DNA of 64,000 bases from an uncultured Solirubrobacterales bacterium (GTDB lineage Bacteria; Actinomycetota; Thermoleophilia; Solirubrobacterales; Solirubrobacteraceae): positions 42,125 through 106,124 of the forward strand of contig CAVUQG010000013.1 in the NCBI GenBank assembly GCA_963743555.1, given 5' to 3'. The notes under the pieces are model-generated. The model did no database searches. It was not told where the DNA came from and saw nothing but the letters and a program-made list of their open reading frames with translations. The translations under genes and the position numbers were made by a program. Positions 26,435 to 38,156 of the stretch are shown in pieces (the stretch's first letter is position 1; every line of letters begins with the position of its first letter).

Positions 26435-27259
26435 TCAGAAGAGACCCAGTTGATCCACGGTTCCGGCCGACTCGTCGAGCCCAGCTGGTGCCTCACCCGC
26501 CGAGCTGCCGCGGGCCGACGTCCCACCCGACGATTTCGCGTCCCCCAAGCCCAGATCCGCGGACATCGCGGTCTCGGTCTCCGCGGTCTCCGCGGTCTCC
26601 GATTGTTCCCGCGCAATTGCCGCCTGCGCAAGCGCCTCGGCCTCTCCCTCAACCGGCTGGGGCGGCTCGGGCTGCGCCAGCAGCTCCGGCAGGCGCGCGA
26701 AGTCCTCGCGCAGCGTCTCGAGCATGCGCGGGGTGTACAAGGCAGCGGCGGGATGGAAGATCGGGTAGAGCCGTACCGTGCGCCTGCCGAGTGTCAGCTC
26801 CTGCGGCTTGCCGTGCAGGCGCGTAATCCCGGTCGGGTCGTCCCTGAGCAGCTTCGTGGAGAAGTTGCCCAGCGAGCAGATCACGCGCGGCTGGATCAGC
26901 TCGACCTGCCGATAGAGATACTCACGGCAGTTCTCGATCTCCAATGGCAGCGGATCGCGGTTGCCCGGAGGTCGGCACTTAAGTACGTTGGCAATAAAGA
27001 CGTCCTTGCGCTCCAGGCCGATCTCTTTGAGCAGCGTCTCCAGCAGCTTGCCGGCACGACCGACGAACGGCAGTCCTTGCTCGTCCTCGCTGGCGCCCGG
27101 CGCCTCGCCCACGAACATCAGATCGGCATTTGCATTGCCGGCGCCGAAGACGACGCTCTTGCGCGTAGCGGACAGCTCCTGACAGCGCGTGCACACGCTT
27201 GCCTGAGCGAAAACCTGCTTGAGGGCCTCGCGCCGCTGATCGATCTCCGTCGAAGACAC
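26435..27259 (-). CDS. udg: Uracil-DNA glycosylase family 4 (4Fe-4S)
   Basis: [37 protein letters not shown]. Confidence 0.93.
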   Translation of the reverse strand: MSSTEIDQRREALKQVFAQASVCTRCQELSATRKSVVFGAGNANADLMFVGEAPGASEDEQGLPFVGRAGKLLETLLKEIGLERKDVFIANVLKCRPPGNRDPLPLEIENCREYLYRQVELIQPRVICSLGNFSTKLLRDDPTGITRLHGKPQELTLGRRTVRLYPIFHPAAALYTPRMLETLREDFARLPELLAQPEPPQPVEGEAEALAQAAIAREQSETAETAETETAMSADLGLGDAKSSGGTSARGSSAGEAPAGLDESAGTVDQLGLF

Positions 27260-27398
27260 AGCTGCGGATGGTAGTCACCGGCGCTCTCACGCGGTATGCT
27301 TGAATCAGTCGCGACCGGTATCCCCTGGGAACTGGACCGAGCAAGATGAGCTTTTCGATCTCTACATCGATCAGATCCGTGCTGCGGGACGCAAGTCC

Positions 27399-28403
27399 AT
27401 GAGGGTCCTGCACACCGTGGAGCAGGTGCGGGCGACCCTTGAGTCGGCCCGGCTAAGGGACCGCACGGTTGGCCTGGTGCCGACGATGGGTGCCCTACAC
27501 GAGGGACACATCTCGTTGATCGAACGCGCACGCGCCGACTGTGACGTCGTTGTCGTGTCGCTGTTCGTGAACCCCTCGCAGTTCAACGAGAGCGCCGACC
27601 TCGACCGCTATCCCCGCCGGGAGCAGCGTGACCGCGAGCTGGCCGCGACGGCTGGAACGGATCTGCTGTTTGCTCCGGCCGCCGATGAGATCTACCCAGC
27701 CGGCTTCTCGACATCGGTCGAAGTGCTCGGCCTGACCGATCGTTTGGAGGGGGCCGTGCGCGGAGCAGGGCACTTCCGCGGCGTCACGACCGTCGTTACG
27801 AAGCTTTTGAACATCGTCTCGCCCGATGTCGCCTACTTCGGCCAGAAGGACGCTCAGCAGGTGATCGTGATTCGGCGTCTGGTTGAGGACTTGAACATGA
27901 ACGTACGTATCGAGGCTTGCCCCACTGTGCGCGAAGCCGACGGACTTGCGATGTCCAGCCGCAATGCGCACTTGAGCAGCGAGGAGCGCGCTCAAGCGCT
28001 TGCCATGCCCCGCGCGCTTGCAGCCGCCGCTGCGGCCGTCACGGACGGCGAGCGTTCAGCCGATGCGCTGATGGCAGCGGCGCGCAAGGCTATGAGCGCA
28101 TTCGACGTTGAGTCCGAGTACGTCGAGCTCGTGCAACCGGACACGCTCGATCCGGTCGCGCGCCTGGAGCAGCCGGCGCTGCTCGCTATCGCCGCACGCA
28201 TCGGTGCGACACGGTTGATCGACAACGTGACCTTGGACCCCTCACAGCCCGCCAATACGCAACCGCCGGACCCCAACAGACCCGGCGGCACGCAACATCC
28301 CCATTCCTCAATAGACCTCGACCCACAACGACCGTATCCCTCAGTCCCAGTCAACACCCAACAAGCGAACCCAAGAGAGGCCACCATCGCATGCAGCGCG
28401 TGA
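27399..28403 (+). CDS. panC: Pantoate-beta-alanine ligase
   Basis: [39 protein letters not shown]. Confidence 0.96.
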   Translation: MRVLHTVEQVRATLESARLRDRTVGLVPTMGALHEGHISLIERARADCDVVVVSLFVNPSQFNESADLDRYPRREQRDRELAATAGTDLLFAPAADEIYPAGFSTSVEVLGLTDRLEGAVRGAGHFRGVTTVVTKLLNIVSPDVAYFGQKDAQQVIVIRRLVEDLNMNVRIEACPTVREADGLAMSSRNAHLSSEERAQALAMPRALAAAAAAVTDGERSADALMAAARKAMSAFDVESEYVELVQPDTLDPVARLEQPALLAIAARIGATRLIDNVTLDPSQPANTQPPDPNRPGGTQHPHSSIDLDPQRPYPSVPVNTQQANPREATIACSA

Positions 28404-28810
28404 TGCTCAAGTCAAAGATCCACCGGGCCACCGTGACCGATTGCGACCTCCATTACGTCGGCTCGATCACGATCGACCCTGACCTGCTGGAGGCCGCCGA
28501 CATCCTCGAGCACGAGCAGGTCCACGTTGTCGATGTCGACAACGGGGCCCGCTTCGAGACCTACACGATCGCCGGGCAGCGCGGCTCGGGCGACATCAAG
28601 GTCAACGGCGCCGCCGCGCGCCTCGTGCACCGCGGCGACACGATCATCGTCATCTCCTACGGTCAATACGACCGTGCGGAGATCGAGCACTACGAGCCTC
28701 GCGTCGTGCACGTCGAGGCTCAAACCAATCGCATCATCACCGTCGACGACGCGGTGGCGACCCTGCTGAGCTCCTCCCCGGCCTCTTTTGAGACCGGCGC
28801 ACGGAGCTAG
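28391..28810 (+). CDS. panD: Aspartate 1-decarboxylase
   Basis: [34 protein letters not shown]. Confidence 0.97.
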   Translation: MQRVMLKSKIHRATVTDCDLHYVGSITIDPDLLEAADILEHEQVHVVDVDNGARFETYTIAGQRGSGDIKVNGAAARLVHRGDTIIVISYGQYDRAEIEHYEPRVVHVEAQTNRIITVDDAVATLLSSSPASFETGARS

Positions 28811-28844
28811 GCACGGCGTCAACCAGCGCCAGAGAGGACTCACC

Positions 28845-29792
28845 ATGTCAAGCCATCCCAGCAATCCCAGCTCAAGACATCAGGGTAAGACAATGCCCGG
28901 CAGGTCCGGCCTCAGCGTTCCCTCGGATCGAGTCCCACCCACCCCACGCCTTCCCATGACCCTGCCCTTGCTCGCCGAGAAGAAGCGGCTTGGCGAGCCG
29001 CTCGTGATGGTCACCGCCTACGACTACCCAAGCGCCCGTGCCGCCGAGGCCGGCGGCGTCGACCTCGTGCTCGTCGGCGACTCGGCCGCCACCACGATCC
29101 TCGGCTACAACTCGACCACGCCGGTCGACCTCGACGACATGCTTGTGCTCGCGCGGGCCGTGCGGCGCGGCTTGAACACTCCACTGATGATCGGCGATCT
29201 GCCGTTCGGCTCGTATGAGATCAGCGACGAGCAGGCGGTCACCAGCGCTGTGCGCATGGTCAAGGAGGCCGGTTGCGACGCGGTCAAGCTCGAGGGCGGC
29301 GGTCCCGCCTCTGCATCTCGGGCGCGCGCGATCATCGGCGCCGGCATTCCTGTAATGGGGCATGTCGGGCTGACCCCGCAGAGCTCGACCGCACTCGGCG
29401 GCTGGAAGGCCCAGGGCCGCACCGCCGCGGCGGCGGCGCGCATCGCCTCGGAGGCATTGGCGCTACAAGGCAGCGGTTGCTTTGCGATTGTGTTCGAGGC
29501 GATCCCGAGTGCGGTCACCAAAGAGCTGATGCCCCATCTCGAGGTGCCCGTGATCGGCATCGGCGCCGGGCCCGATACCGACGGCCAGGTACTTGTCTTC
29601 CACGACCTACTCGGCATCCGCGACGGGCTTGGTCCGCGCTTCGTCAAGCGCTACGCCAACATCCAACAGGAGATGGATGCCGGCGTCAGCGCCTACGCCG
29701 AGGACGTACGCTCGGGCCGCTATCCGGGACCGGAGCACGGCTATTCGATCGACGCGGGCGAGTTGGAAGAACTGCACGCGCTGTTGTCATAG
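28845..29792 (+). CDS. panB: 3-methyl-2-oxobutanoate hydroxymethyltransferase
   Basis: VTAYD, LVGDS, DLPFGSY, VKLEGG, GHVGLTPQ, IGIGAG..DGQVLV. Confidence 0.96.
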   Translation: MSSHPSNPSSRHQGKTMPGRSGLSVPSDRVPPTPRLPMTLPLLAEKKRLGEPLVMVTAYDYPSARAAEAGGVDLVLVGDSAATTILGYNSTTPVDLDDMLVLARAVRRGLNTPLMIGDLPFGSYEISDEQAVTSAVRMVKEAGCDAVKLEGGGPASASRARAIIGAGIPVMGHVGLTPQSSTALGGWKAQGRTAAAAARIASEALALQGSGCFAIVFEAIPSAVTKELMPHLEVPVIGIGAGPDTDGQVLVFHDLLGIRDGLGPRFVKRYANIQQEMDAGVSAYAEDVRSGRYPGPEHGYSIDAGELEELHALLS

Positions 29793-29895
29793 CTATTTTT
29801 TACGCTGGCTACCATAGTTGGTACATATCGTAGTCACTATGGTAGTCAGCAAAAATAGAGATAACACCCACACCCTTTACCCACACCCCTTTAAC
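29793..29895. repeat. AT-rich palindromic element, copy A (may also act as terminator between convergent genes)
   Basis: CTATTTTT..GCTGGCTACCATAGT / ACTATGGTAGTCAGC-AAAAATAG inverted repeat; similar to 58296..58389. Confidence 0.65.
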
Positions 29896-29912
29896 TTCGG
29901 GTTCAGCGGAAA

Positions 29913-30530
29913 TCACGGTGCAGTGCCGCTGTCCTCTGCGACAGTTACCGGCCTCAGCCGCCGGATCACAGTCGCCGGTGCACCGGCGACGATCGTGAAT
30001 GGTTCGACGTCTTTGGTGACGACGCTATTGGCACCGATCACGCAGCGCTCGCCGATGTTCACACCGCTCGTGACGACGACGTTGACTCCAAGCCAGCAGT
30101 TGTCGCCGATCCTGGTTGGACCCTTGCTGTCGAAGCCCTGCCAGGTGATCGGCTTACTTAGATCCTCATAGCGGTGGCTGGCGTCCGACACAAAGCAGCC
30201 ATTGGCAAGCATGCAGTGATCTCCGATCTCGACAAGCTGCTCGGCGGCAACCATCACACCCATGTTCAGGAACGTGCCGCTGCCAATGCGCACCCGCGCT
30301 CTGCCGGGCATGGTGATCCACACGCCGGGCTCGAGCAGCGCATGTGCGCCAATCTCCAAGCGTCCCTCGCGCAGCGCCGCTAGAACATCGCCATGCAGCG
30401 GCCAGCGCGCGAAAGCTTCGCGGCGCATGAACTCGCGGTGGATCGCCAGACGATTCCAGGGCAACGAGTTGCGCTCGTACCAGCGCCATCTCTGTGTCCA
30501 CAACCACGCCCTGGAAGCCTTACTCCTCAT
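29913..30530 (-). CDS. Hexapeptide-repeat acyltransferase
   Basis: IGDHCML, IGDNCWLG, IGERCVIGANSVVTKDV..VAGAPA. Confidence 0.9.
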   Translation of the reverse strand: MRSKASRAWLWTQRWRWYERNSLPWNRLAIHREFMRREAFARWPLHGDVLAALREGRLEIGAHALLEPGVWITMPGRARVRIGSGTFLNMGVMVAAEQLVEIGDHCMLANGCFVSDASHRYEDLSKPITWQGFDSKGPTRIGDNCWLGVNVVVTSGVNIGERCVIGANSVVTKDVEPFTIVAGAPATVIRRLRPVTVAEDSGTAP

Positions 30531-30581
30531 GGAACATAAGGAATAAGGAGTGGGAGTGGAGCCGCATGACGGTCGACTCGC

Positions 30582-33500
30582 TCACGCCCGCGCCGCCGAC
30601 TTCACCTTGCGCTTCACGCCCGATGCACCATTGGACGACGCACCATTTGTGCTGGCCTTTTTGGCGACGCTCGCCTTCTTAGTCTTGCCGGCACGCGAGC
30701 GCGGGCTAGCCTTCGGCTTAGCCACGAGCAACTCGCGCAGGAACTCACCCGTATGCGACCCGAGCTCGGCCGCCACCTCCTCCGGGGTACCGGCGGCGAT
30801 CACCATGCCGCCCTCCTCTCCCCCCTCCGGGCCCATGTCGATCAGGCGATCGGCGCACTTGATCACGTCGAGGTTGTGCTCGATCACGACGACGCTGTTG
30901 CCGGCGTCGACGAGTCGCTGCAACACCTCCAGCAGACGCTGCACGTCGGCGAAGTGAAGGCCCGTCGTGGGCTCATCGAGGATGTACAAGGTGCGCCCCG
31001 TGGCGACCTTCGAGAGCTCGGTTGCGAGCTTCACGCGCTGGGCCTCGCCGCCGGACAGCGTCGTTGCCGGCTGACCGAGGCGGATGTAGCCGAGGCCGAC
31101 CGCGTCGAGCGTCTCCAGGCGACGGCGGATCTTGGGGATGTGCTCGAAGAAGTGAAGCGCCTCCTCGACGGGCATGGCGAGGACCTCGGCGATGCTCTTG
31201 CCCTTGAACTTGACCTCCAGCGTCTCGCGGTTGTAGCGGCGCCCGTCGCACTGCTCGCAGGGCACGTAAACGTCCGGCAGGAAGTGCATCTCGATCTTGA
31301 TCTGGCCGTCCCCGCGGCAAACCTCGCAGCGTCCGCCCTTGACGTTGAAAGAGAAGCGCCCTGGCTTGTATCCGCGCGCTCGCGCCTCTTGCGTCTTTGA
31401 GAAGAGGTCGCGAATCACGTCGAACAGGCCCGTATATGTGGCGGGATTAGAGCGCGGCGTGCGCCCGATCGGCGACTGATCGACGGCGATGATCTTGTCG
31501 AGCTGATCAAGGCCGTGGATCGCACGGTGCGCACCTGGGCGTTGGCGGGCCCGGTGCAAGCGGTTGGCCACCGCCTTGTAGAGCACTTCGTTGACGAGCG
31601 TCGACTTGCCCGAGCCAGACACGCCAGTGACGCAGGTGAGCGTGCCGAGCGGTATGTGCACATCGACGTCACGCAGGTTGTGCTGGCTTGCACCGAGAAT
31701 CTCGACATAGCCGATCGGAGTGCGGCGCTTCTCCGGCAAATCGATCGTGCGCGTACCAGCCAGGAACTGGCCGGTCAACGACTGCTTGACCTTCTGCACC
31801 TGCGCAGCCGTCCCCTGCGCCACGATCCAGCCGCCGTGTTCGCCAGCGCCTGGCCCTAGGTCGACCAGATGGTCGGCGCTGCGCATCGTCTGCTCGTCGT
31901 GCTCGACCACGATCACCGTGTTGCCAAGATCGCGCAGGCGCTGGAGTGTCGCGATCAGCTTCTCGTTGTCGCGTTGGTGCAGCCCAATCGAGGGCTCGTC
32001 GAGGATGTAGAGCACACCCACCAGAGACGAGCCGATCTGCGTGGCCAGGCGAATCCGCTGTGCCTCGCCGCCCGACAGCGTCGAGGCGGCGCGATCCATC
32101 GACAGGTAGCCGATGCCCACGTTCTCAAGAAACTGAAGGCGCTCTGAGATCTCACGCAAGATCAGGCGAGCCACGTGCCTGTCGGTCTCCGAGAGCTCAA
32201 CCTCTTCGAGCCAGGCCAGTGCCCGCCGCGCCGAGAGCGCACAGAAGTCCTCGATCCGTGTGCCCGCGACGAGCACCGCACGCGACTCGGGTCGCAGCCG
32301 CGCCCCACCGCACTCCGGGCACGCACGCAGCGACATGAATTCCTCGATCTTCTCGCGTGTCCACTCCGAGTCGGTCTCGCGATAGCGTCTTTGGAGATTC
32401 GCGATAACCCCCTCGAAGCGCGTGCCGTAGGAGCGCGTGCGCCCGAAGCGATTGCGATAGGTGATTTGCAACGGCTCGCCGTTCGTTCCCGACAGGAACA
32501 GGTCGCGATGCTCTTGCGGCAGATCTTCCCACGGCGTCCCCAGGTCGACCTTGTAGCGCTTTGCAATCGCCTCGGTCACCTGCTCGTAGTAGTTGGAGGC
32601 GCTGTTGGCCCATGGCGCGATCGCGCCCTCGCCGACCGACAGAGTTGGATCGGGCACGACCAGGTCCGGATCGATCACCATTTGCGAGCCGAGCCCCGTA
32701 CAGCGCTCACACGCGCCATGAGGGGAGTTGAAGGAGAAGATGCGCGGCTCCAGCTCGACCAGTGAGGGTCCGTGCTCGGGGCAGGCGAACTTCTCGGAGA
32801 AGGTGAACAACGTTCCGGGCTCAGGCTTTGCGCCCGGCACGATCTGGGCATTCGCGGCCTTCACGCCAAGGGCGCCGGATGAATGGGACTGGCCGTCTCC
32901 CGCTGCGGGCACGCCATCCCCTCCCCCATCATTTTCGCTTCGTGAGGACCCGACGACCTCGATCTCGACGAGGCCGTCCGCGAGCCCGACCGCGGTCTCG
33001 ATCGAATCCGCCAGACGCTTGCGGATGTCGTGGCGCATCGCGAGCCGATCAACGACAACGGAAACGTCGTGCTTGTAGCGCTTGTCCAAGACGATCGACT
33101 CCTCGAGCATGCGAATGCGCCCGTCGATCTTCACGCGCGTGAAGCCGTCCGCGCGCAACTCCTCCAGGAGCTTGCCGTACTCACCCTTGCGGCCCCGGAC
33201 GACCGGGGCGAGCACCATGAAGCGCGTGCCCTCGGCCAGGCCCATCGCCTGGTCGATGATCTGCTCGGCCGACTGACCGACGATCGGCCGTCCGCAGGTC
33301 GGACAGTGGGGCTTGCCCACGCGTGCCCACAGCAGACGCAGGTAGTCGTAGATCTCGGTCACGGTCCCAACCGTCGAGCGGGGATTGCGCGAGGTCGTCT
33401 TCTGGTCGATCGAGATCGCCGGCGAGAGCCCCTCGATCGAGTCGACATCCGGCTTGTCCATCTGGCCGAGGAACTGGCGTGCGTACGCGGACAGCGACTC

Positions 33501-33671
33501 CACATAGCGACGCTGCCCCTCGGCGTAGATCGTGTCGAAGGCAAGGCTCGACTTGCCCGAGCCGGACAGACCGGTGATCACGACGAGAGCGTCGCGCGGC
33601 AGCTCCAGGGAGATGTCCTTCAGGTTGTGCTCGCGCGCGCCGCTGACGACGATCTTGTTGCTTTGGGCCAT
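30582..33671 (-). CDS. uvrA: Excinuclease ABC subunit A
   Basis: [23 protein letters not shown], two LSGGEAQR motifs, zinc fingers. Confidence 0.98.
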   Translation of the reverse strand: MAQSNKIVVSGAREHNLKDISLELPRDALVVITGLSGSGKSSLAFDTIYAEGQRRYVESLSAYARQFLGQMDKPDVDSIEGLSPAISIDQKTTSRNPRSTVGTVTEIYDYLRLLWARVGKPHCPTCGRPIVGQSAEQIIDQAMGLAEGTRFMVLAPVVRGRKGEYGKLLEELRADGFTRVKIDGRIRMLEESIVLDKRYKHDVSVVVDRLAMRHDIRKRLADSIETAVGLADGLVEIEVVGSSRSENDGGGDGVPAAGDGQSHSSGALGVKAANAQIVPGAKPEPGTLFTFSEKFACPEHGPSLVELEPRIFSFNSPHGACERCTGLGSQMVIDPDLVVPDPTLSVGEGAIAPWANSASNYYEQVTEAIAKRYKVDLGTPWEDLPQEHRDLFLSGTNGEPLQITYRNRFGRTRSYGTRFEGVIANLQRRYRETDSEWTREKIEEFMSLRACPECGGARLRPESRAVLVAGTRIEDFCALSARRALAWLEEVELSETDRHVARLILREISERLQFLENVGIGYLSMDRAASTLSGGEAQRIRLATQIGSSLVGVLYILDEPSIGLHQRDNEKLIATLQRLRDLGNTVIVVEHDEQTMRSADHLVDLGPGAGEHGGWIVAQGTAAQVQKVKQSLTGQFLAGTRTIDLPEKRRTPIGYVEILGASQHNLRDVDVHIPLGTLTCVTGVSGSGKSTLVNEVLYKAVANRLHRARQRPGAHRAIHGLDQLDKIIAVDQSPIGRTPRSNPATYTGLFDVIRDLFSKTQEARARGYKPGRFSFNVKGGRCEVCRGDGQIKIEMHFLPDVYVPCEQCDGRRYNRETLEVKFKGKSIAEVLAMPVEEALHFFEHIPKIRRRLETLDAVGLGYIRLGQPATTLSGGEAQRVKLATELSKVATGRTLYILDEPTTGLHFADVQRLLEVLQRLVDAGNSVVVIEHNLDVIKCADRLIDMGPEGGEEGGMVIAAGTPEEVAAELGSHTGEFLRELLVAKPKASPRSRAGKTKKASVAKKASTNGASSNGASGVKRKVKSAARA

Positions 33672-33692
33672 TCGCCTACCATTGTATTGGGG

Positions 33693-33706
33693 CGAACAGA
33701 CGTTCG
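33693..33706. promoter_or_regulatory. LexA (SOS) box upstream of uvrA
   Basis: CGAAC-AGAC-GTTCG matches the Gram-positive GAAC-N4-GTTC consensus; next to minus-strand -10 TACAAT (33681..33686). Confidence 0.85.
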
Positions 33707-33767
33707 CCCCAGCGGGTCGGTCTCGTGGCGAGCAGACTGTCGCCATTGGACCGGTATGCTGGCCCAT

Positions 33768-34130
33768 ATGGACGACTACGGGCTACCGATTTCCTATGAG
33801 GTGCTGGACCCCGGCACCCCGGTCTACAGCAGCGACGGTGAGAAGATCGGCGAGGTCACGCATGTGCTCGCCGTACTCGAGGAGGACGTCTTCGACGGGA
33901 TCGTGATCGACGAGCACGAGGGTCATGGCGATCACCGCTTCGCCGATGCCGACGATGTCGACTCGATCCACGAGCGGGCGGTAACGCTCAAGCTCGACGC
34001 CGCTGCCTGTCGCGCGCTACCCGCGCCGACCGAGAATCCGGGCGTCATGAAGGACGACCCGGCCGAGGGCGCCCCAGGCTTCTCCGACAAGCTGCACCGC
34101 GCCTGGAACCTCGTCTCCGGCAAGTACTGA
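33768..34130 (+). CDS. PRC-barrel-like domain protein
   Basis: [19 protein letters not shown]...VFDGIVI; TATGCT at 33755..33760 suggests a leaderless transcript. Confidence 0.8.
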   Translation: MDDYGLPISYEVLDPGTPVYSSDGEKIGEVTHVLAVLEEDVFDGIVIDEHEGHGDHRFADADDVDSIHERAVTLKLDAAACRALPAPTENPGVMKDDPAEGAPGFSDKLHRAWNLVSGKY

Positions 34131-34232
34131 GCGGAATCGCGCTCTGCTCGACCAAGCGGTCGAGATGTGTGAGGTCGAGACGTGTGAAGTAGGGGTGGAT
34201 GTAGTCCAGTTGGGACGTGCCTAGTAAACGGT

Positions 34233-34258
34233 GTTATGCAACCGATTGGTTGCATAAC
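34233..34258. repeat. Perfect inverted repeat between convergent genes
   Basis: GTTATGCAACC-GATT-GGTTGCATAAC. Confidence 0.7.
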
Positions 34259-34295
34259 GGCTTCAGCTTGGAGACTAGACCGAGCGTTGTCCAAC

Positions 34296-35246
34296 TCACC
34301 CTTCGATAGCCGCGTAAACCTCGTCGAGCAGGCGCTCGCGGTCGGGGACGGCGAAGTTCTCCTCCAAATAGCGAGCAGTGTCCTCGCGCGAGTCGCCGTT
34401 GAGCGCCATGTTGAGCGCGACCAAGCGCGCTCCGTCGAGGTCGCCGTTGACAGGAGTCGCGTCGTTCGCGGCGGGCGCCTCTGAGAAGAGCGACTGCTCG
34501 CCGAACCCCGGCTCGCTCGGCGACTGCTGAGACGCGTCGGCCACGGCAGACGCCTCGAAGCGCTCCGCGGCGTACGCCGCGGCCTCTTGCGCCTGTGCGT
34601 ACGGATCGCCCTGCATGCCCCCGTGCGACTCTGCCGGCGTCTCGACAAACGGCTGGCTATGCGTCTCTGGTGCTGGGGCGGAGACTGGCCGGCCACCATC
34701 GCCGTATACCGCCGTGGCTGCCGACTCCCCCGACGACTGCGTACCCGCACGCCCTGAGGGGGCGTCGTAAAGAGCCTCCATCTCGCCCTCGACAGCCGAC
34801 AGGTCACCCGCCAGGCGCCCGGCGCCGCTGCGCAAGCTGTCGACCAACGCGCGCGTCTCGGCGTCGAGCGAGCCGACGTGCCCGAGCAACGCTTCGGTGG
34901 CATGCGACACGGCCGCGACGTGCTCTCGCGCCCGCGCAACCGCCTCCTCACGCGTACGCCGCGCATCCGCGTCGGCTGCCTCGCGCACCTGGTGCGCCTG
35001 CTCCGCGGCCTGGTGCTCGATCGCCTCAGCCGTCGCCTGGGCAGCCTCAAGAATTCCCTGGACCTGAGTGGCGGCGCTTGAGGCAAGCGACTCCCCGCCA
35101 CGGCTCGCCGCTTCGTTTTGTAGCTCATCTACCTCGGCGGCAAGCGCTCGCAGATGAGCGTCCACGCTAGCCGGGTCATAGCCACGACGCGCGATCGGAA
35201 AATCGCGCCGCTCGATCCCCTGACGGTCCAGTTCCACAGCGCTCAT
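34296..35246 (-). CDS. DivIVA-domain coiled-coil protein
   Basis: IERRDFPIARRGYDPASVDAHL N-terminal DivIVA motif followed by coiled coil. Confidence 0.82.
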   Translation of the reverse strand: MSAVELDRQGIERRDFPIARRGYDPASVDAHLRALAAEVDELQNEAASRGGESLASSAATQVQGILEAAQATAEAIEHQAAEQAHQVREAADADARRTREEAVARAREHVAAVSHATEALLGHVGSLDAETRALVDSLRSGAGRLAGDLSAVEGEMEALYDAPSGRAGTQSSGESAATAVYGDGGRPVSAPAPETHSQPFVETPAESHGGMQGDPYAQAQEAAAYAAERFEASAVADASQQSPSEPGFGEQSLFSEAPAANDATPVNGDLDGARLVALNMALNGDSREDTARYLEENFAVPDRERLLDEVYAAIEG

Positions 35247-35247
35247 C

Positions 35248-37395
35248 CTATGCCACCTCGCCCGCTGGGGCCTCGCTTGGCTCGCCAGCCTCGCTTGCCT
35301 CGCGCGCTTCGGCCGCCTCGCCCTGCTCAGTGGCAGACTCGCTTCCAGCGCTCTGCCCCGCCGGTGTCTCGCCGGCCTGCACGTCCTTCAGCTCGTTTAT
35401 GCCCTTCAGGGTGCGCCGTAGCTCCCTGATCTCGTCGCGCAACTGTGCCGCGTACTCGAAGCGCAGGTCCTCAGCAGCCGCGATCATCTCCTCCTCGAGC
35501 TCGACAACCATACGCTCCAGCTCGTGCTGAGGCATCTCCTTCGCCTTGGCTCTGGTCGCATTCTTGCGCCGGCGTCCCTTCGGCACCTTCGACTCGGCCT
35601 GTAGGAACTCGGCGATGTCGGATATGCCCTTCACGATGCTCGAAGCGGTGATCCCGTGCTCCTCGTTGTAGGCAACCTGGATCTCACGTCTGCGGTCGGT
35701 CTCCTCGATCGCCGCCTTCATTGCCTTGGTCTCCTTGTCGGCGTACATCAACACCGTGCCCTTCACGTTGCGCGCCGCCCGGCCGATCGTCTGGATCAGC
35801 GACGTCTCGCCACGCAGGAACCCCTCCTTGTCGGCATCGAGGATCGCCACCAGCGACACCTCTGGCAGGTCGAGCCCCTCACGCAGCAGGTTCACTCCGA
35901 CGAGCACGTCGTACTCGCCAAGTCGCAGATCCCTGATGATCTGGATGCGCTCGAGCGTCTCGATCTCCGAATGCAGGTAGCGCACCTTGAAGCCCATCTC
36001 AATCAGATACTGCGAGAGGTCCTCGCTCATCTTCTTCGTGAGGGTGGTGACCAGCACTCGCTCGTTCACGTCCACGCGCTTGCGAATCTCGTTCATCAGA
36101 TCGTCGATCTGGTTGCGGGTCTCGCGCACGTCTATCTGCGGATCCACCACCCCGGTGGGTCGCACGATCTGCTCCACGATCCGTTGCGAGCGGGTGCGCT
36201 CGTATTCGCCGGGAGTCGCCGAGAGGAACACGAGCTGCGGCGTGATCGAGAGGAACTCATCGAACGTCTGCGGACGGTTGTCCATCGCGCTCGGCAGTCT
36301 GAAGCCGTAGTCCACAAGCGTGCTCTTGCGCGAGCGGTCGCCCTCGAACATGCCCCCGATCTGCGGCACCGTCTGGTGAGACTCGTCGATGAAGCACACG
36401 AAGTCCTCAGGGAAGTAGTCGATCAGGCAGTAAGGGCGCTCGCCCGGCTTGCGTCCGTCCAGGATGCGCGAGTAGTTCTCGATCCCCGAGCAGAAGCCCA
36501 TCTCGCGCAGCATCTCCATGTCGTACTGGGTGCGCTGGCGCAGACGGTGTGACTCAAGCTGCTTGCCGTCGGCCTCCAGCTGCTCGCAACGCTCGTTCAA
36601 TTCTCTGCCGATGGCAGCCACGCCGTCCTCGATCGTGCCCTCCTTGACGTTGTAGTGGGTGGCCGGCCAGATCGCCACGTGCTCGAGGTCGTCGGCGATC
36701 ATCTCGCCGGTCAGCGGGTCGAAGTGCTGCAGCCGCTCCACTTCGTCGCCGAACAGCGTCGCCCTGAAGGCCGTCTCGGCATAGGCCGGGAACACCTCCA
36801 GCGTCTCCCCCTTGACCCTGAAGGTACCGCGCGAGAGCACCGCATCGTTGCGCGTGTACTGAATCGAGACGAGCTTGCGCAGCAACTTGTCGCGGTCGAT
36901 GTCTTCGCCGCGACGCAGGATCTGCATGTTCATCTCATAGGTCTCCGGTGAGCCGAGACCGTAGATGCAGGACACGGAAGCCACCACGATCACGTCGCGC
37001 CGTGCGAATACCGCCGCGGTGGCGGCGTGCCTGAGGCGATCCACCTCCTGGTTAATCGCCGAGTCCTTCTCGATGTACAGGTCGCGACTGGGGACGTACG
37101 CCTCGGGCTGGTAGTAGTCGTAGTAGGAGACGAAGTACTCCACCGCATTTTCGGGGAAGAACGTACGGAACTCGTTGCACAGCTGCGCTGCCAGCGTCTT
37201 GTTGTGGGCGATCACGAGCGAGGGCTTCTGCACCTCCTGGATCACTCCGGCCATCGTCATCGTCTTGCCTGTACCGGTCGCTCCGAGCAGCGTCTGGAAG
37301 CGCTCGCCCTCACGCACACCTTCGGACAGCGATTCGATCGCCTTCGGCTGGTCGGCTGTCGGCGTGAACACAGGGTCGAGCTTGAACTCAGGCAC
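35248..37395 (-). CDS. uvrB: Excinuclease ABC subunit B
   Basis: [34 protein letters not shown]-terminal UVR domain. Confidence 0.98.
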   Translation of the reverse strand: MPEFKLDPVFTPTADQPKAIESLSEGVREGERFQTLLGATGTGKTMTMAGVIQEVQKPSLVIAHNKTLAAQLCNEFRTFFPENAVEYFVSYYDYYQPEAYVPSRDLYIEKDSAINQEVDRLRHAATAAVFARRDVIVVASVSCIYGLGSPETYEMNMQILRRGEDIDRDKLLRKLVSIQYTRNDAVLSRGTFRVKGETLEVFPAYAETAFRATLFGDEVERLQHFDPLTGEMIADDLEHVAIWPATHYNVKEGTIEDGVAAIGRELNERCEQLEADGKQLESHRLRQRTQYDMEMLREMGFCSGIENYSRILDGRKPGERPYCLIDYFPEDFVCFIDESHQTVPQIGGMFEGDRSRKSTLVDYGFRLPSAMDNRPQTFDEFLSITPQLVFLSATPGEYERTRSQRIVEQIVRPTGVVDPQIDVRETRNQIDDLMNEIRKRVDVNERVLVTTLTKKMSEDLSQYLIEMGFKVRYLHSEIETLERIQIIRDLRLGEYDVLVGVNLLREGLDLPEVSLVAILDADKEGFLRGETSLIQTIGRAARNVKGTVLMYADKETKAMKAAIEETDRRREIQVAYNEEHGITASSIVKGISDIAEFLQAESKVPKGRRRKNATRAKAKEMPQHELERMVVELEEEMIAAAEDLRFEYAAQLRDEIRELRRTLKGINELKDVQAGETPAGQSAGSESATEQGEAAEAREASEAGEPSEAPAGEVA

Positions 37396-37460
37396 AGGCC
37401 CCTACGTTAGAGCCTGCATCAAGGCAGGCGGTGCGAGATGTCGGATGTCCACGAGCAAGC

Positions 37461-38156
37461 TCAAAGCCCGAGCTGGCGAGGATAGACCGCCCGATATTCC
37501 GCCTGGGCGCGCATCACCTTCTGAACGTAAGCCTGCGTCTCGGGGAAGGGTATTTCCGAGACGCTGAGCGTCTTACCCGCTTCGCGCGCCTTTGCCACCC
37601 ACGAATCGACGTTGGCCAGCCCGCCGTTGTACGCGGCCACGGCAAGCATCTCGTTGCCTTCGTAGTGATCGAGCAGATAGCGCAGATACCAACTGCCATA
37701 GGCCACATTGATCTTCGGCGTTGCCAGATCGCCGGTCGTGAAGGCGGTGCCTCCTGAGAGATGGGCAATGTATTGGGCGGTGGAGGGCAGGATCTGCATC
37801 AAGCCGAGCGCGCCGGCGGTGGATGGGCGCGGGTCGAACTTCGTCTCCGCATAGATCACGCCGGCGATCAGCGCCGGGTCCAGGTGCTTTTCGGACGCCT
37901 GTTCGCGGATCACGGCCGCATCGCTCAGCGGTAGTGCCTCGTTGCCTGACACGTGCTCGATGCGCGAGACGATCACGATCCCGAGCGCCATGAGCACCGC
38001 GAATGCGAGCAGCATCCGCAAAAAGGCGCGAGCCGGGTGCAATGGTCGCCGAGCGCCATGCCCCGCGCGCGCGCGGGGGGCATCTGCCGCGGAGCGTCTG
38101 CCCGACACGTACAGACTGCGACCGCGTGCGGCCGTGGAGGTTCTTTGCGTGCTCAC
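37461..38156 (-). CDS. Lytic transglycosylase (SLT domain); true start may lie downstream
   Basis: GVIYAETKF, GALGLMQI, AAYNGG, PETQAYV. Confidence 0.9.
   Translation of the reverse strand: MSTQRTSTAARGRSLYVSGRRSAADAPRARAGHGARRPLHPARAFLRMLLAFAVLMALGIVIVSRIEHVSGNEALPLSDAAVIREQASEKHLDPALIAGVIYAETKFDPRPSTAGALGLMQILPSTAQYIAHLSGGTAFTTGDLATPKINVAYGSWYLRYLLDHYEGNEMLAVAAYNGGLANVDSWVAKAREAGKTLSVSEIPFPETQAYVQKVMRAQAEYRAVYPRQLGL
38058..38083. repeat. REP-like palindrome, copy 2 (in the 5' part of the transglycosylase ORF)
   Basis: ATGCCCCGCGCGCGCGCGGGGGGCAT. Confidence 0.75.
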
